From the NCBI GenBank assembly GCA_964016885.1, contig OZ024742.1, forward strand, positions 262,508,001 through 262,572,000: a stretch of DNA of 64,000 nucleotides, written 5' to 3'. This DNA comes from Eledone cirrhosa (Eukaryota). This document shows, one piece after another, positions 14,071-27,420 of this stretch. The notes under the pieces were generated by a model. That model had not been told where the DNA came from. It saw only the letters and a list, made by a program, of their open reading frames with translations, and did not search any database. The stretch's first letter is position 1. Every line of letters starts with the position of its first letter. Made by a program: the position numbers and the translations under genes.

Positions 14071-15847
14071 TTACCTCTCTGCGTCCCGGGGAGCGGGCCG
14101 CTCAATTTCCATGAGGGTTGGGGATGGGTTGTTGGGTGGGGTGGTGGTTTGTGGAAGTGTAGGGGCATCAGTGTATGGTGGGGTTGGGGTGTTTGTGGTT
14201 GAGTGGGTGTCCGGGTAGGGGGTGGGGAAATTTTTTAGGAGGACGCGGTTGAATGGCTTGGAGCAGGGGGGGGGGGGCACGTCTTCCGTGAAATTTATTT
14301 TCAACATTTTGTATAAGTTCATTGGGACTTTAATCATTTGTAAATGAAGTAGTCCCACAGCAGTTAGAAAGTTGGGCCCTTCAGTTTGGACCGAAGGGTT
14401 TGACGAAATTGTGTTCATTAGTTCTTTGTTGTCTGTGTTCATGTTTGTATATTGTAAAGTCTTTTTTTGCGTAGTGTGACGGGGAGGGGTGGTTTGTATA
14501 TAGTTTGTTTTCTCTTGGGGAGGGTTAATGTTAATAAGTGTGTCTGTGGTGCGCCTCCTCTTCTTTCTTTTTACTATTTGGAAGGGAACTTTTTCGTCTT
14601 GCGAGGAAAGGGGTTCGTCTTCCTTGTTGGGTGGGAGGGGTATATTTTCTGGTAGTGTTTGCGGTGTGTGTGTTTTTGTATTTGTTTTGGGTGGGGAGGG
14701 GTTGGGTGGGACAGTGTTCTGTGTTGTTTTTTCACTTGTTTGTTGTTGTTGTGGTGGTGGTGTTGTTGGTTTTTGTTGTTGTTGTTGTTGTGGTTGTTTT
14801 TGTTGTTGTTGTTGGGGTGGTGGTGGTGTTGGGGTGTTGGTAGCAATGGTTTTTTGTCGGTGTGAGCTGGGGACAGGCAGCCCTCAGGTGACCTCTATTT
14901 CCACAGCGGTAACAGGAGGGACGCCTACCCTCCACAATAATGTTGAGGTGGGTACGGTCATCCAGCATGACGCGCTCAGGGATTTGGGCGATACGTTTTG
15001 GCCTTATTTGGGTCAGAACTTCAATGCTCGTTCCACTGAACGCGTCGCCGGATGCCTTCCCTATTGATATAAGGTTGTCCTCGTCTAAGTTGAGGAAACC
15101 GGTTAGTAACCACCAGTAGTTTATGTTTGGGGTGATGGTGGTTATCCATATTCTTTGGGTTTTTTTACCCATGTAGGTGGGGAAAAAGGTGTAATGTGTG
15201 GAACGAATTGGCGACACAGAGTATTTTTTCGCCGCCAATTCGTCTTTCATCAATATGGATAAACTCCCATAGAGTTTATCCTTTTGTATGAAAATTATGT
15301 CTTTCATAGCCTCTTTCAAGACTAACTGAATTTCAGCTTGAGATGGTTGTGCTGGTTTTTTTGTTTTGTTTGCAATTGTACGGAATACAACAGTTCGTAA
15401 TTGCGTCTGTTTTTTTAGTCCTGGGGGCGAATTGATGGAAAAAGATCCATTTTCGCCAAACGATACATATTTTTTTGCTTTTTCAAGCATTTCTTTTGCA
15501 TTTGATATATCCTCAAGCACATATGTGACTGATATTTTAGCAGTATGTGCAAAAGATATTTTGTTTTCGTTGTTGGTGTTTGAATTGTTTTGTTTCTCGT
15601 AATTTGAGTTGTTTTCATTTTTGTTGTTGTTGTCTTTCTCGTTTGGTGTGTTGGTTTTGTCATTGTTAGTGTTTGAGTTGTAATAAATTGGGTTTGCACC
15701 CGTTTTTAATTGTTTGTCTGGCATATCGCCTTTTACGAAGTCTTTTACAACGTTGACACGTGAAAGCAAAACGCTTTGTACCGCTTGCTTCTTTCTCTCT
15801 TCTTCCTTAGTGAGCGTGGCGTTATCGTCCACACCTGCTACAGACAT
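14071..15847 (-). pseudogene. Copy A ORF1 (gag-like, zinc knuckle), frameshifted in a low-complexity linker
   Basis: CYRCGNRGHLRAAC knuckle in 14732-15847; C-terminal part 14071-14442 ends MEIERPAPRDAER*. Confidence 0.88.
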
Positions 15848-16085
15848 GGCGTCAATTTTTTACCATGTGAGTCAGCAAAATTTTTTTGGAGTAGTTTTTA
15901 CCCCCAAAAGGGGTAAAAATACGATGACCACCCGTCTACAGACCTAGCCGGGTGGTTAAAAGGCACGAAGACAACACAATAAAGAGACAAACACTTACTG
16001 TCAATGGGTAAAAGTTCAAAAAGGCAGGAGCCGATGTTATACGCGTCTATACTATACGAGATAGATAGATAGATAGATAGATATA

Positions 16086-19000
16086 TTTCTTTATTAGCCA
16101 CAGGGGCACAAAAAAGGGGACAAATACAAAGGGGGAAGTTTACATACAATAAAAACGCGTAAAATGTTATCACAAATGCAATTAAAAAAGTTAGTCGATT
16201 TTCCCCAATAGGGGAGACAATTTATATGGATAACACATACCCCCGAAAAAATGTGCAACCCTCATCTCCAGGAGTACGAAGAGTTTGTACTCCTTTCCTC
16301 TCCTCCTCTTTTTCCTCAACCTACAGGCTGATATAGAGAGAAGGCCCATTCACTCGGGCCATTCTCGCTACTTTCACCCACCTTTCATAAAACTTGCTGG
16401 GGTACAGCACTTCTCTCTCCATCCTGATTCTTCTTCCAAAGTGGTATTTGAAAAAAAGAATCAGTTGTTGGCCGGAGAGAAAGGTATCTGACCTCAGCCC
16501 TTTCAACCTTGTCCACGATACAACCTCATTCGCCATAGCTATCACACAAAGGAAAACCGCCTCTCCTTCGTTTTTGAAGGAGGGTGGTGGTTTGATCATG
16601 ACAATGGACTCGGTGGTCAACTGGATTGGTCCCACCCGCGACAATAGTCGTTCTACATAGCCCCACAGGTCGGTGACGCCTTGGCAGTGTATGAATGCGT
16701 GCGCGACGGTTTCTTCGTCTCGTACGCACCTCGGACAGATCTTTTTTGCAGGGTCCCTTCCCGGGCGCCCATGTCTGTAGAGCTTGTCTCGAACTGGTAG
16801 AGCTCCTCGGTAGCACTGCCAGGCCAGGGACTCTTGGAAGTTGTCCATCGGTCCCGGGCGGAAGGTCCTACCGAACAGACTGGCCAGTTCGTCTTCCTCT
16901 ACGCCCAGAGTTTCACCGAGAGCGTTGTCGCACTTGCTCCGGATAAACCCTCTATAGAATGACGAAGTGGAGTCTCCACTGATCACCGGGTCCGCCTGCC
17001 AAAGGGCTGTGAGCGCCTGAGCACAATCGATGTGCCAGTCGCCCATTTTCCTCGGTCTTTGCTTGACCCAGGACTGCAGCTCGGTCAGCGAGACGAGTCG
17101 TGGGAAGGCTCGCCTCACGAACGGGGCCCACCGGTTGTCCGGTGAGGAATACGTAGAGATACCGCAACCTGAGCGCTTATTTGCGCATCGTCAGCCACGG
17201 CATCCCCAGCCCTCCGTTGGAAGGGCGTTGGCAGCAGATGGATCTTCTCACCAAAAGAGCCCGCCTCTTCCAAAGGAATTGGAAGAGCGCGCGTTCCATT
17301 TTGGTGAGCGTTTTGGCTGGACAAGGCACGACAGTCAAGGGGTAGTAGATGGCGGACGCTATATAAGTGTTCGCCACCTCCGCTCAACCTTTCAATGATA
17401 GTTTGCACTCGGCCCACTTCTGGGTGAGTGCAAACATCTTGGCCGACACCTCGTTTCAGTTCTTCTCCACCTGGAGGTCCGGACCAAACCAGACCCCGAG
17501 CAGCTTTACTGGTCCTTCCGTCCAGCGTCCGACGACGCCATCGGAAGGCATCGGTTTGCCTCTCCACGATCCGAGTTGCAAACCGATGGACTTGTCCCGG
17601 TTCAGCTTCGCTCCTGTGAACCTTTCGTATTCCTTCAGTAAGGTGCCGACCTCCTCGATTTGCGAGGCGCTCGACACCATTACAGTCACGTCGTCGGCGT
17701 AGGCCAACGCCGCTTTCCGCAGTCCCGGTTCCAGAGGGATGCCCTGCAATAGCTCCAACTTCCGCAGTAGTGTCTCGAGAGTTAATACGTACAGAAGGGA
17801 GGAGAGGGGGAATCCCTGTCGAATGGATCGCGTGATATGGAACGGCTCCGAGAGGTAGCCGTTCACCTTAACACTTGAGCAGATGTTGCTGTTATGCATT
17901 GCAGCAATCCAGCCCCTGAACACGGGTCCGACGCCTGCCGCCTCGAGCACCGCATCCAGGTAACGATGGTCAACCCTATCGAAAGCCTTAGACTGATCCA
18001 AGTTGATCAGGGCCCCACCGAAGCCAGGTTTACACCCTACCCTCTCTATGATGTATCGCATGAGGTGGAGGTTGTCGTGTATGGACCTGGTCGGGATTGC
18101 GCATATCTGCGCTTCTCCCACCAGGTTCTCGACGACAAGCGCCAGCCTCTTTGCCAACACCTTGGCCAAAATCTGTAACTCTGTGTTTAGCAGAGTTATG
18201 GGCCGGAAGTTGCCTATGTCATCCCCCTTATTCTCGTCCTTCCTGACTAACGTGACTACGCCCTTGGTTACAGAACTGGGAATTCTCCCTTTCTGCTGCC
18301 AGTTGCAGTAGACCGCTTCCAGGAGACCGGAGAACAAGTCCGGCATTGCTACGGAAAATTCGTAGTGTAGACCGTCGAGACCTGGAGATTTGCGTTTGCC
18401 GCATTGGCTCAACGCGTCCCCTATCTCAGCGGCTGAAATCGGCTTTTCGCAGAAATTTGCCTCGCTGTCCGAGAGTCGCGGTAGGCCGTCGAGGTATGGA
18501 CCGAAATCCATAGCCCCTCCCGGCGCGCCGCCCTGCCCGAACAGTTGAGCAAAGTGCCGCTGAAAGGCCGCATACATCTGCTTCGGCTCACGTATCACGC
18601 GTCCGTGTTGGTCCTTCAAAGACCGAATCGTGGACTTGTTGCCACTTTTCGCCTCCGTCACTCGGGCCCAGCTCACAGCTTTGGCTCTCTCGTTTCCCAG
18701 TGCACGTATTTTGCTTCTGACAACGCAGCTTTCATGCTTTGCGTCGAAGAACTGGTCCAAGGCCGTTCTCGTTGCTAGCACGCTGGCTGCGTTCCCACTT
18801 ATAATTGCCTCTTCTACTTTATCTACCAGTTCTTTCTCGGTTCTATTTCTATCTAACGCTAATTCTTTACTAAAAGCTAACGAGTCTAATCTAACTGCCC
18901 TCTTGAGAGAGTACCACCATCTGTTGTTGACAATGGCCCCTGTCAAGTGCTGTTTAACTAAAGTGCTAATCCGTCTACTGTAGGCTTTGCATGTCGGTAA

Positions 19001-20620
19001 CGACAAGTTCAGCTTCCAGTAGCCGGGCCCTTGTTTATGGGTTCTATCAAGGTTGACCATGCAGGTCACTAGTTTGTGATCTGAATAGGCAACAATGAAC
19101 ATTTGTGGACAGCTTAACATGTCCCTATCCTTATTTCTAACTAGAACCCTATCTCGGTACGATCTAGATGTTCTGCTAAGATTAGTCCACGTCCACAGTG
19201 GCACAGTCGGAAAATCTAGTCGATATCTACCGGCCAGGTCAAATCGGCCGATTAACTGTTTGAGGATATATGACCCCCCTTTATCGGGACATGCTCCCAC
19301 ATAGTCCCAACGTGCATCTAGGATTCCATTCCAGTCCCCCACTAAAAGTAAGCAGCAGGACGTTCCCAGAAAAGTCTCTAGACGTTTGAAGAAGTCTGGC
19401 CGCGGTGTCCCGGATGGGGCATATGCGGCCACCAGCCTGAAGGCTCCACCTTCACTACCGTCAACGTCTAAGACCACCAGTCGACCCTCCGGGTCCAGAT
19501 ATACCGTTTGTGTTACGAGGCCCAGGTGTTTCCGCATCAAAACGGAAACCCCGCCCCCACCCCCGGCTGACAGAGAGATGCGTAGATCTCAAAGTCATCG
19601 AAGATGGGGGCCAGCTGTCGCTCGCTGTGGATCCTGGACTCGCAAATGGCTACTACATCCATACTGTGCAACCTGAGGTCGTTTAAGAGTTTGCCCTGTT
19701 TCCAGGGCATCCCCAGGCCGCGTACATTCACACACCCAACTCTTATATTGGCCATGTTGGTTCTGAAAAGTTAAAAGAGGAGAAGAAAACACTCACCTCT
19801 TCGTCTCCCGGGGATCAGACCGCATGGTTTCCATGGGGGTGTTGGAGAAGAGTTGTCTGGGTGGGTGGTGGTTTCCGGCGGGGTGGGGACGGAGATATTT
19901 GGTGGGGTGGGTGTGTCTGGGGTAGGTGTGTCTGGGTGGGTGTGTCTGGGGTGAGGGTGGGGAAACTTTTTAAAAGGACGCGGTTAATGGGTTTAACACA
20001 AGGATTACCCACGTCCTTAGGAAAGTTTTCCTTTAAAGACTTATAGGTGTCCGTAGGGACCCTAATCATCTTTAAATTAGGTTTGTCTACACAGTTCGAA
20101 AAAGTTTTCCCTTCGGTTTTCACCGATGGGTCGTTGGAGATGACCTCCATTAAAGTTTTGTTTTTACTGTTTATGTATGTGTAATGTTCTTGTTGTGTTG
20201 CGGTGGTTTTTGTCTGTTGTTCCTGTGGGAGCTTTCTTTTTGTTGTAGGTGTTTGTGTTTGGAGTGGTTTTGTTTTCGGGACGGGGGGGGGGGTTGTAAT
20301 GTTTGTGTTGTTTGTGTTGGTGGTTGTATGTTTGTAGTGATGTTTGTTGTTTTTTTGTTCTTATGGTGTCTTTTCTTCTTTCTTTTCGAACGGAGAGGCT
20401 CTCCCTCATCTTCACTTGGTGATGATGTGGGGGCCTCGTCAGTTGTGGTCTCTGTGTTATTTTGAAAGGGTATGTTTTGGGGAGCTGTTGTGTTTGTGGG
20501 TGTTTTTGCAGTGGTTTTAGGTGGAGTGGGGTTGGGTGGGACTGTGCTTGCAGGTTGGTTTGTTGTTCTTGTTTTGGTTGTGTTTGCGTGTTGTTGTTAT
20601 TGTTGTTGTGGTGGTGGTGG
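16086..20620 (-). mobile_element. Tx1-clade LINE copy B, 5'-truncated within ORF1, ORF2 disrupted
   Basis: ORFs 19537-19755, 17456-19540 and 16321-17118 closely match copy C; 3' end AATAAAGAAA+(TATC)n; head-to-tail with copy A. Confidence 0.93.
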
Positions 20621-20981
20621 ATAAAATAGATAGATCGGATCTAGCTGTCGAAACGGCCGGAGCTCAGCCATCCAGGTTATGATTCTTTTCCTATATATAT
20701 AAATATATACTTATAAAAATAGGAAAGCAAGAACGGGAGAACATTTTCCTTCATCAGTTGTCTGCTGAGGGTCTTGGACATTTCAACGCATTAAAGACAA
20801 TATGTCTCACCCCCAGGGCGTCAATAACTCAAGGAAGTTATTGGGAAAAAAGGGAAAGAGAGAGAAAAAAATAGTAACAGAAAGGAAGAGGGAAGAAAAA
20901 GGAAAAAAAAGCGGAAAAAAACGGAAAGCAACAAACCGACGAGGGAAACCCGAAATATATATATATGTATATGTATGTGTG

Positions 20982-21067
<86 letters not shown>

Positions 21068-21100
21068 AATAATGGAGCTGCGGCGCTGCAAATGGGTTAC

Positions 21101-21416
21101 ATATGAAAAAGTTTGTCCTCATCAGTGGCCTTCCAACCGTCGTAGGCATTTCGTCGCATTAAAAGCCATATACCTCAGGTTGGTGCGAGCAACGGCTAAA
21201 AAAAGTCGTTGGGACACGTAAATTAGGGGGACGCTAGGGTAAACAAACAAAATGGTTTAAGTAATTTTGTTTGTTTACCCTAGCGTCCCCCTTATTTACG
21301 TGTCCCAACGACTTTTTTTAGCCGTTGCTCGCACCAACCTGAGGTATATGGCCTTTAATGCGACGAAATGCCTACGACGGTTGGAAGGCCACTGATGAGG
21401 ACAAACTTTTTCATAT
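21101..21416. repeat. Near-perfect ~315-bp palindrome between (TA)n tracts
   Basis: 21101-21253 is the reverse complement of 21263-21416 with about 2 mismatches. Confidence 0.92.
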
Positions 21417-21443
21417 ATATATATATATATGTGTGTGTGTGTC

Positions 21444-21486
<43 letters not shown>

Positions 21487-21560
21487 AATGGTAGCTATGA
21501 TGCTTCCATAGGCGGTATGCCAGTTGAACACTCTATGTTCTTACAGAGCAGAGTGTGATA

Positions 21561-21694
<134 letters not shown>

Positions 21695-21824
21695 ATCTAG
21701 ATCGGATCTAGCTGTCGAAACGACCGGAGCTCAGCCGTCCGGGTCCTGACTCTTTTCCTATTATCCACTCTATTACCCTAAATATTGAGTACTCTGGTGC
21801 GTTATGGTCCACCTGGTATCTTTG

Positions 21825-21964
<140 letters not shown>

Positions 21965-21971
21965 GTGTGAG

Positions 21972-22048
<77 letters not shown>

Positions 22049-22613
22049 AGATGTCATTAATTAAGACCAGTAAGGCCATAGTTAGACTTAATACTTAGTT
22101 TCGAGTCGACTTTTCAATTGAAATTGTGTAGTCGGATACTACGTAGAAGTCCATTGGATCGAGTGTGTCTGTAATTGAAAGTACCAGCTTGTAACACACT
22201 ATTTCACGTTGATTTGGATCAATTACGTTAAGGGTAAACGTGTCTCGGGAATACTCAACCACTTGTACGCTAATACTAGAGTTGGACGTTCAGTTGATCT
22301 CTCAACTAAATGGTGATCGTCGAAACCGACCACCACCATCACCACCATCACCACCACCATTACCACCTTCACCACCAACTTCACCAACACCACCATTATC
22401 CCACCTTCACCACCACCGCCTCCACAACCTTCACCATCACCACCTTCACCACCACTAACCCCCCCCCCCCCCCACACACAACCACCACCACCACCATCAC
22501 CATCACCACCACCATTACCCACACCACCACCACCACCACCACCATCACCAACACCGCCACCACCATCACCACCACCAACTTCACCCCCCACCATCATCAC
22601 CACCACCACCACT

Positions 22614-23041
22614 AGAGTTATGTCTAGGGTACACGTGTCTGTGGAGTAGTCACTCACATACACTGTAATACAAGGTGGAATGTAATTCAAAGCTCCAGTC
22701 TTGTCACATATGGTGTCATGCTGAGAATTACATGATTATGGAATATTCAGCCAATTACACTCTCAATCCCGAGTAGGAGTTTCAGTTGATCTCTTAACTG
22801 AATGGTGATCGTCGAAACCGACAGAGGACCCATCGTCATTCTATATCCGGAACACAACAGATGCAGCTATAACGGGAACCATGGAAAACAAAAATAGAGT
22901 GTCTGGATGACTCAGTAAGTATCACACCATCACACCTGCCTGTTTCAACACTTGGTTACACATGACTGATCATGTGACCACTCAACCGAAACGAACTTAA
23001 TTGTACCAATTGTACCAATTGTACCAAATGACCAGAACGTT
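22614..23041. repeat. Inverted duplicate of 4404-4801
   Basis: Direct comparison. Confidence 0.9.
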
Positions 23042-23728
23042 GTTATTCACGCGTTGGACATTCAACTAAATTCTCATCATCGAAACTGATGGAAGATCTA
23101 TCATCAACATCACCATCAACATTTTATTTATCAACCTACTTACTTATCTCCTTCTCTATTATTTCCAATCGTTATTTCCATTTACGAATACACGTCCTCC
23201 ATTTATCTCTCCCTGGAATTGATATAGAGGTAAGTTTAAGCCATTGGGGCCTCTTCAGTTTCTTTTTCTAAGTATCATTTCTTCCACCCAGATTTTAGAC
23301 AAGTTGAGCATCTGATGTATCCAAACACTTTGATAGAACTACGTTAAGGATACACGTCTCCACCAATGTTCTGCAACTTGCACATTGGTTTCATGAGTAG
23401 GGTTGATTGTAACAACTGCAACACTCTTCGTCAATACTAACGGAGGTCCATCACAACAAAAATATTCTTGACATAGTTTGTGACACACAGACAGGCAAAC
23501 AACCTTTCACCTTTCCATCAGATGTTCACAGTTCAACTTTGACATTTCAATGAGATGTTCATATATATATAACAGGAAAAGATAGATCTCTACATATGCA
23601 TACATACACACATGTATAAACGCATATATATATGTATATGTGTGTGTATGAGTATATATATATATCGTATATATATGTATACATATATATTTATGTATAC
23701 ACACGCGTATATGCATATGTATATGTAT

Positions 23729-23800
<72 letters not shown>

Positions 23801-23990
23801 GGGGAGGGAGAGAGAAAGAGAGAGAAAGAGAGAGAGATAGTTAGATATACGCATATGTAAACATTCACATATACATACACAACGGCATGATGACATAGAT
23901 ATGTGATATGTGTATATATAAAAACTGGCTCTCCGTCGGTTACGACAATGCGTATTCCAAGAGGTCAGCCATCGGGTCCACCTCTTTATA

Positions 23991-24035
<45 letters not shown>

Positions 24036-24315
24036 TGTGTGTGTGTGTGTCTGTCTGTCTGTCTGTCTGCCTGCCTGTCTGTGTCTGTGTCTGTGTGTGT
24101 AAGTTGGGTTATATTGAAGTTCACCAATATATATCCCCGTAAAGATTATAGAAGCTCAATGCTTATCAGTATCCTTGGTGAAGCAGTAACTGAAAAAGGT
24201 TGAAGGGGTTTTTAGCCTCTGTAGATTCTGCTACAGACTGTTATGGCACAGACTGCAGAGCTCAAAATTCAATAAATTGAGAGTGAATAACCAATTTAGA
24301 CTCATAACAAAATTT

Positions 24316-24896
24316 TACTCTACGTACGTTTCAATGTATAACAGCTGGCCATACCTCAGTGTATATTGGACATTAGTCCGCTGGTCTACATATCTTCAAG
24401 AATACAAATATTGATATAAGCATCAACATAAAAACTTGCAAAAACTAACTTCATATTACAGATTAGACTCACATCATATTAAAGAAATGTAACAGCGTAC
24501 AAAATTTGAAAGCAACCACAAGATGTAACCATAAGCAGTTTTAAAGGTAGTATAATAAAACTTAGCACTTCCGTGCATCCATAAAAGTATAAATTTATAT
24601 TATTATAGTGACACTATATTATTTAGCAGCTTGATATGAAAAATAAGTTTAGTCAATAATAAAATATGTGAGTACAGATATACAAAGGAATATAAAATTG
24701 GAAAGGATAGATACTGTCTTAATAATTTAATTTTATTTATTATGATATGAGTCTAATCTGTAATATGAGGTTAGTTTTTGCATGTTTTTATGATGATGCT
24801 TATAGCAATATTTGTATTCCTGAAGTTATGTAGACCAGCGGACTCAATGTATATTGAGGTATGGGCTGCTGTTACATATTGAAACGTACGTAGACT
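24316..24896. mobile_element. Diverged inverted-repeat element; each arm holds a decayed hammerhead
   Basis: Arms 24316-24482 and 24737-24896; consensus TATTC-CTGAAGA-long stem II-GAAA-CGTACG-TA-GAGTA, with one core mutation per arm. Confidence 0.7.
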
Positions 24897-25520
24897 CTGG
24901 ATCTGCGAATCACACAAATGTTGCTCTGGATCCACCGTAGACTCTTTCGGCCTCCATCCGCTTTCCTGTCGCCACAGTACCGGCCGCCTTCCACGCCATG
25001 CTGCTCTCAACTAGGTCATAAAGCATGGCTTGGATGCTGCAGGCTTCCCCTCCCAGCTCGAGCTGGTGGGGCTGGACCGAGGGGACGGCAAAAGGCGAGA
25101 CGGTATAACCATCTTCCTGTTCCGCGGTGGTAAACGCTTCGTCTGGGATGCCACTTGCAGCGACACATTCTCCAGCGGCAACCTGGTGCAGTCTGCGACT
25201 AATCCAGGTTCTGCTGCACATCGGGCAGAGGATGATAAAATCTCCAAGTATCGGTCGCTCTCCGACAGGTTTGCAGTCGAGCCCCTAGCAGTGGAGACTT
25301 CTGGTGTCCTTGGCCCTAGGGCTACCTCCGTACTTACCACCATAGGTGCTGAGCTGGCTAGCCGCAGGTGTGAGCCTCACGAGATAGAATGGCTCTTTCA
25401 GCGCATGTCCCTTATCATCCTCCCGGGAAACGCCTTCTCCATTCTGTCCGCCGGGGCTGTGGAGCGGCCGGCACGTGGGACTCCATTTGCTCACAACAGA
25501 GAGAGATGAGGAGGGCGAGA
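24897..25520 (+). mobile_element. 3' fragment of a CRE-clade-like non-LTR element (zinc finger + restriction-like endonuclease)
   Basis: GLHPLSC..RH upstream, then DGKRRDG..WDAT..AE..K..KY..PLAVETSG..LFQRMS..GNA in ORF 25030-25509. Confidence 0.8.
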
Positions 25521-25732
25521 GAGATGGAGGCGATGACAGTGTAGCTTAAGTAAAGCTATAATATATTATATTATCACTGTTAACCCTTTTATTACCATCG
25601 GGTAGTCTATAGATGAAAAACATCTATAGAGAATGGTTGCTAGTGTTTGTAAAATAGAATTGTTGTGGCTATTACTGTTTGTTGTGCTAAACTCTCACGA
25701 TATAAACTACAGGTATTCAATCTATTATTATG

Positions 25733-25848
25733 GCGGATTGGTAGTATCGGTAGAGGGTTGAACGCCATGCTTTACAGCATAGAGTTACGCCCTTTTACGG
25801 TCTGAGTTCAAATTCCACCGGGGTTAACTTTGCCTTTCATCCTTACTG
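25733..25848 (+). mobile_element. tRNA-derived SINE fragment
   Basis: GGCGGATTGGTAG..CTGAGTTCAAATTCCACC..AACTTTGCCTTTCATCCTT. Confidence 0.6.
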
Positions 25849-25888
25849 ACAACACCAGCAACAACAGCAAAAGCGACAACACCACCAA

Positions 25889-25961
<73 letters not shown>

Positions 25962-25964
25962 GTA

Positions 25965-27420
25965 ATGACGAAACCACACAGCAGGCAGGAGCCGCCCAAG
26001 CTACATCATTCGCGAAGTCTGCAAAAAATGTTGAAAAACAACGTCATGAAAAACAGACGTCTGTGTACGGTCTCGTACCAATATATATCCCCGGGTGGAA
26101 CAAGTGACCGAGTTGCAGGCCCAAAAGGCTATGGGGACCGTGTTGGCACAGAAAGCCTTCATAGCCCGAGGATTGAAGTATGGCACAGTGGATGTGGTCT
26201 TCGCTACACCCGAAGAAACCAGAGCACACTCCATTACGCCACCCCGCAGTGACGAAATAGTGATGGTGCCCACATACTGCGGTCAGAAACTCGCGAGGAT
26301 TCGAGTGACCCAAGTTCCGCCCTCAGTGGAGTTCGCTTGACTGGTGGCAGCCGTCCTCGCTGACGTCGAGGAGTCAACAAAAATCCTAGACGTCATGCGT
26401 ATAAGACAAGAAAACTGCTCAGGCTTGGGGATGGAGCTAATCATCCAATCAAACCATGAAAGCGTAGAGGCCATCCCCGATGTGATCGACCTGGATGACA
26501 GCAGCCATCTACCCGTGATTGTCAAAGGTAGGCGCCCAAGGTGTTAAGGGTGCTGAGACAAAACACACCTTAAGGCCTTCTGCCCCAAACTCACCAAGGC
26601 GAGCACGCGTTCCCCTTATCTCCATACGCCATTCCCCGCAATGGAGTGGCCAAACCATGAGAGGCCGCAGTGGCGGAACAACTACCAGCACCAGCAACAC
26701 CAGCGACAAAAACACCATATCTACCACCAACAGCGCCAACATGGCCAATGGAGAGCATGCCCCTTCTCGATATTGCTTAATTGGACAGAGAGTGTGACGG
26801 CGCTGAAGGGTGGAAAACCATCGCAGCGAAAAAAAAGAAAGAGCTCCTTACCTTCGTCCTCCAAAAAAAGAGGAAGAAAAAAACAACGACCCCCACCACC
26901 ATCACCATCAGTAGCCACACCTCTACAACTACCGAAACCATCCCCTCCAACACCGACACCACCACTGACACCACCACCGATACCACCACCGACACCACCA
27001 CCGCCACCACCACCACCACCACCATGCCATCATTATCATCTGCCCCATCGTCACCTTCAGCAACACCACAGCAAACACAGAAAGCACCAACATCTCAAAA
27101 GCAGATACAATACACAGTTATAGACGCAGACACCAAAAAGCTTTTAAATTACATTGAACATCACACCGACATCACAGGAACAAATTACATACAAACCACC
27201 AAAAGTGTATCTCCCACACATAAAAATAATCGAAATCTCTCAAAAGAATTATACAACATTAAAGAAAAAGCTCCCCGCGGTTATTGGAGACTATCTAGGG
27301 AACCTCACCAAAAGAATTTATTCTAACATTCTAGTGGAGAAATCCACCACTGGTCGGTAGACGAAAATACTCGGAACAGTCGGTACGCTCTTGGGCCCTG
27401 GGTGACCAGGAATCCGTCGC
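25965..27420 (+). mobile_element. Decayed Tx1-like ORF1 fragment
   Basis: PTYCGQK..IRVT and LDDSSHLPVIVKGRRPRC resemble copy A ORF1 (PTYMGKK..; LDDRTHLNIIVEGRRPSC). Confidence 0.7.

Larger units (their letters stand above)
10377..16058 (-). mobile_element. Tx1/L1-clade LINE copy A, apparently full length, frameshifted
   Basis: ORF1 with CCHC knuckle plus ORF2 pieces (APE GDWN/SDH, RT QGCPLS/YADD, CxxC..H..HC); (GATA)n at both ends. Confidence 0.93.

Noticed and set aside
20715-20762. Minus-strand CTGATGA plus AGGAAA..TTTCCT stem
   Set aside because: Not followed by GAAA; at best a truncated remnant
22880-22920. ACCATGG..CA|GTAAGT as a coding exon
   Set aside because: In-frame stop after 9 codons; could only be a non-coding exon, and nothing else supports it
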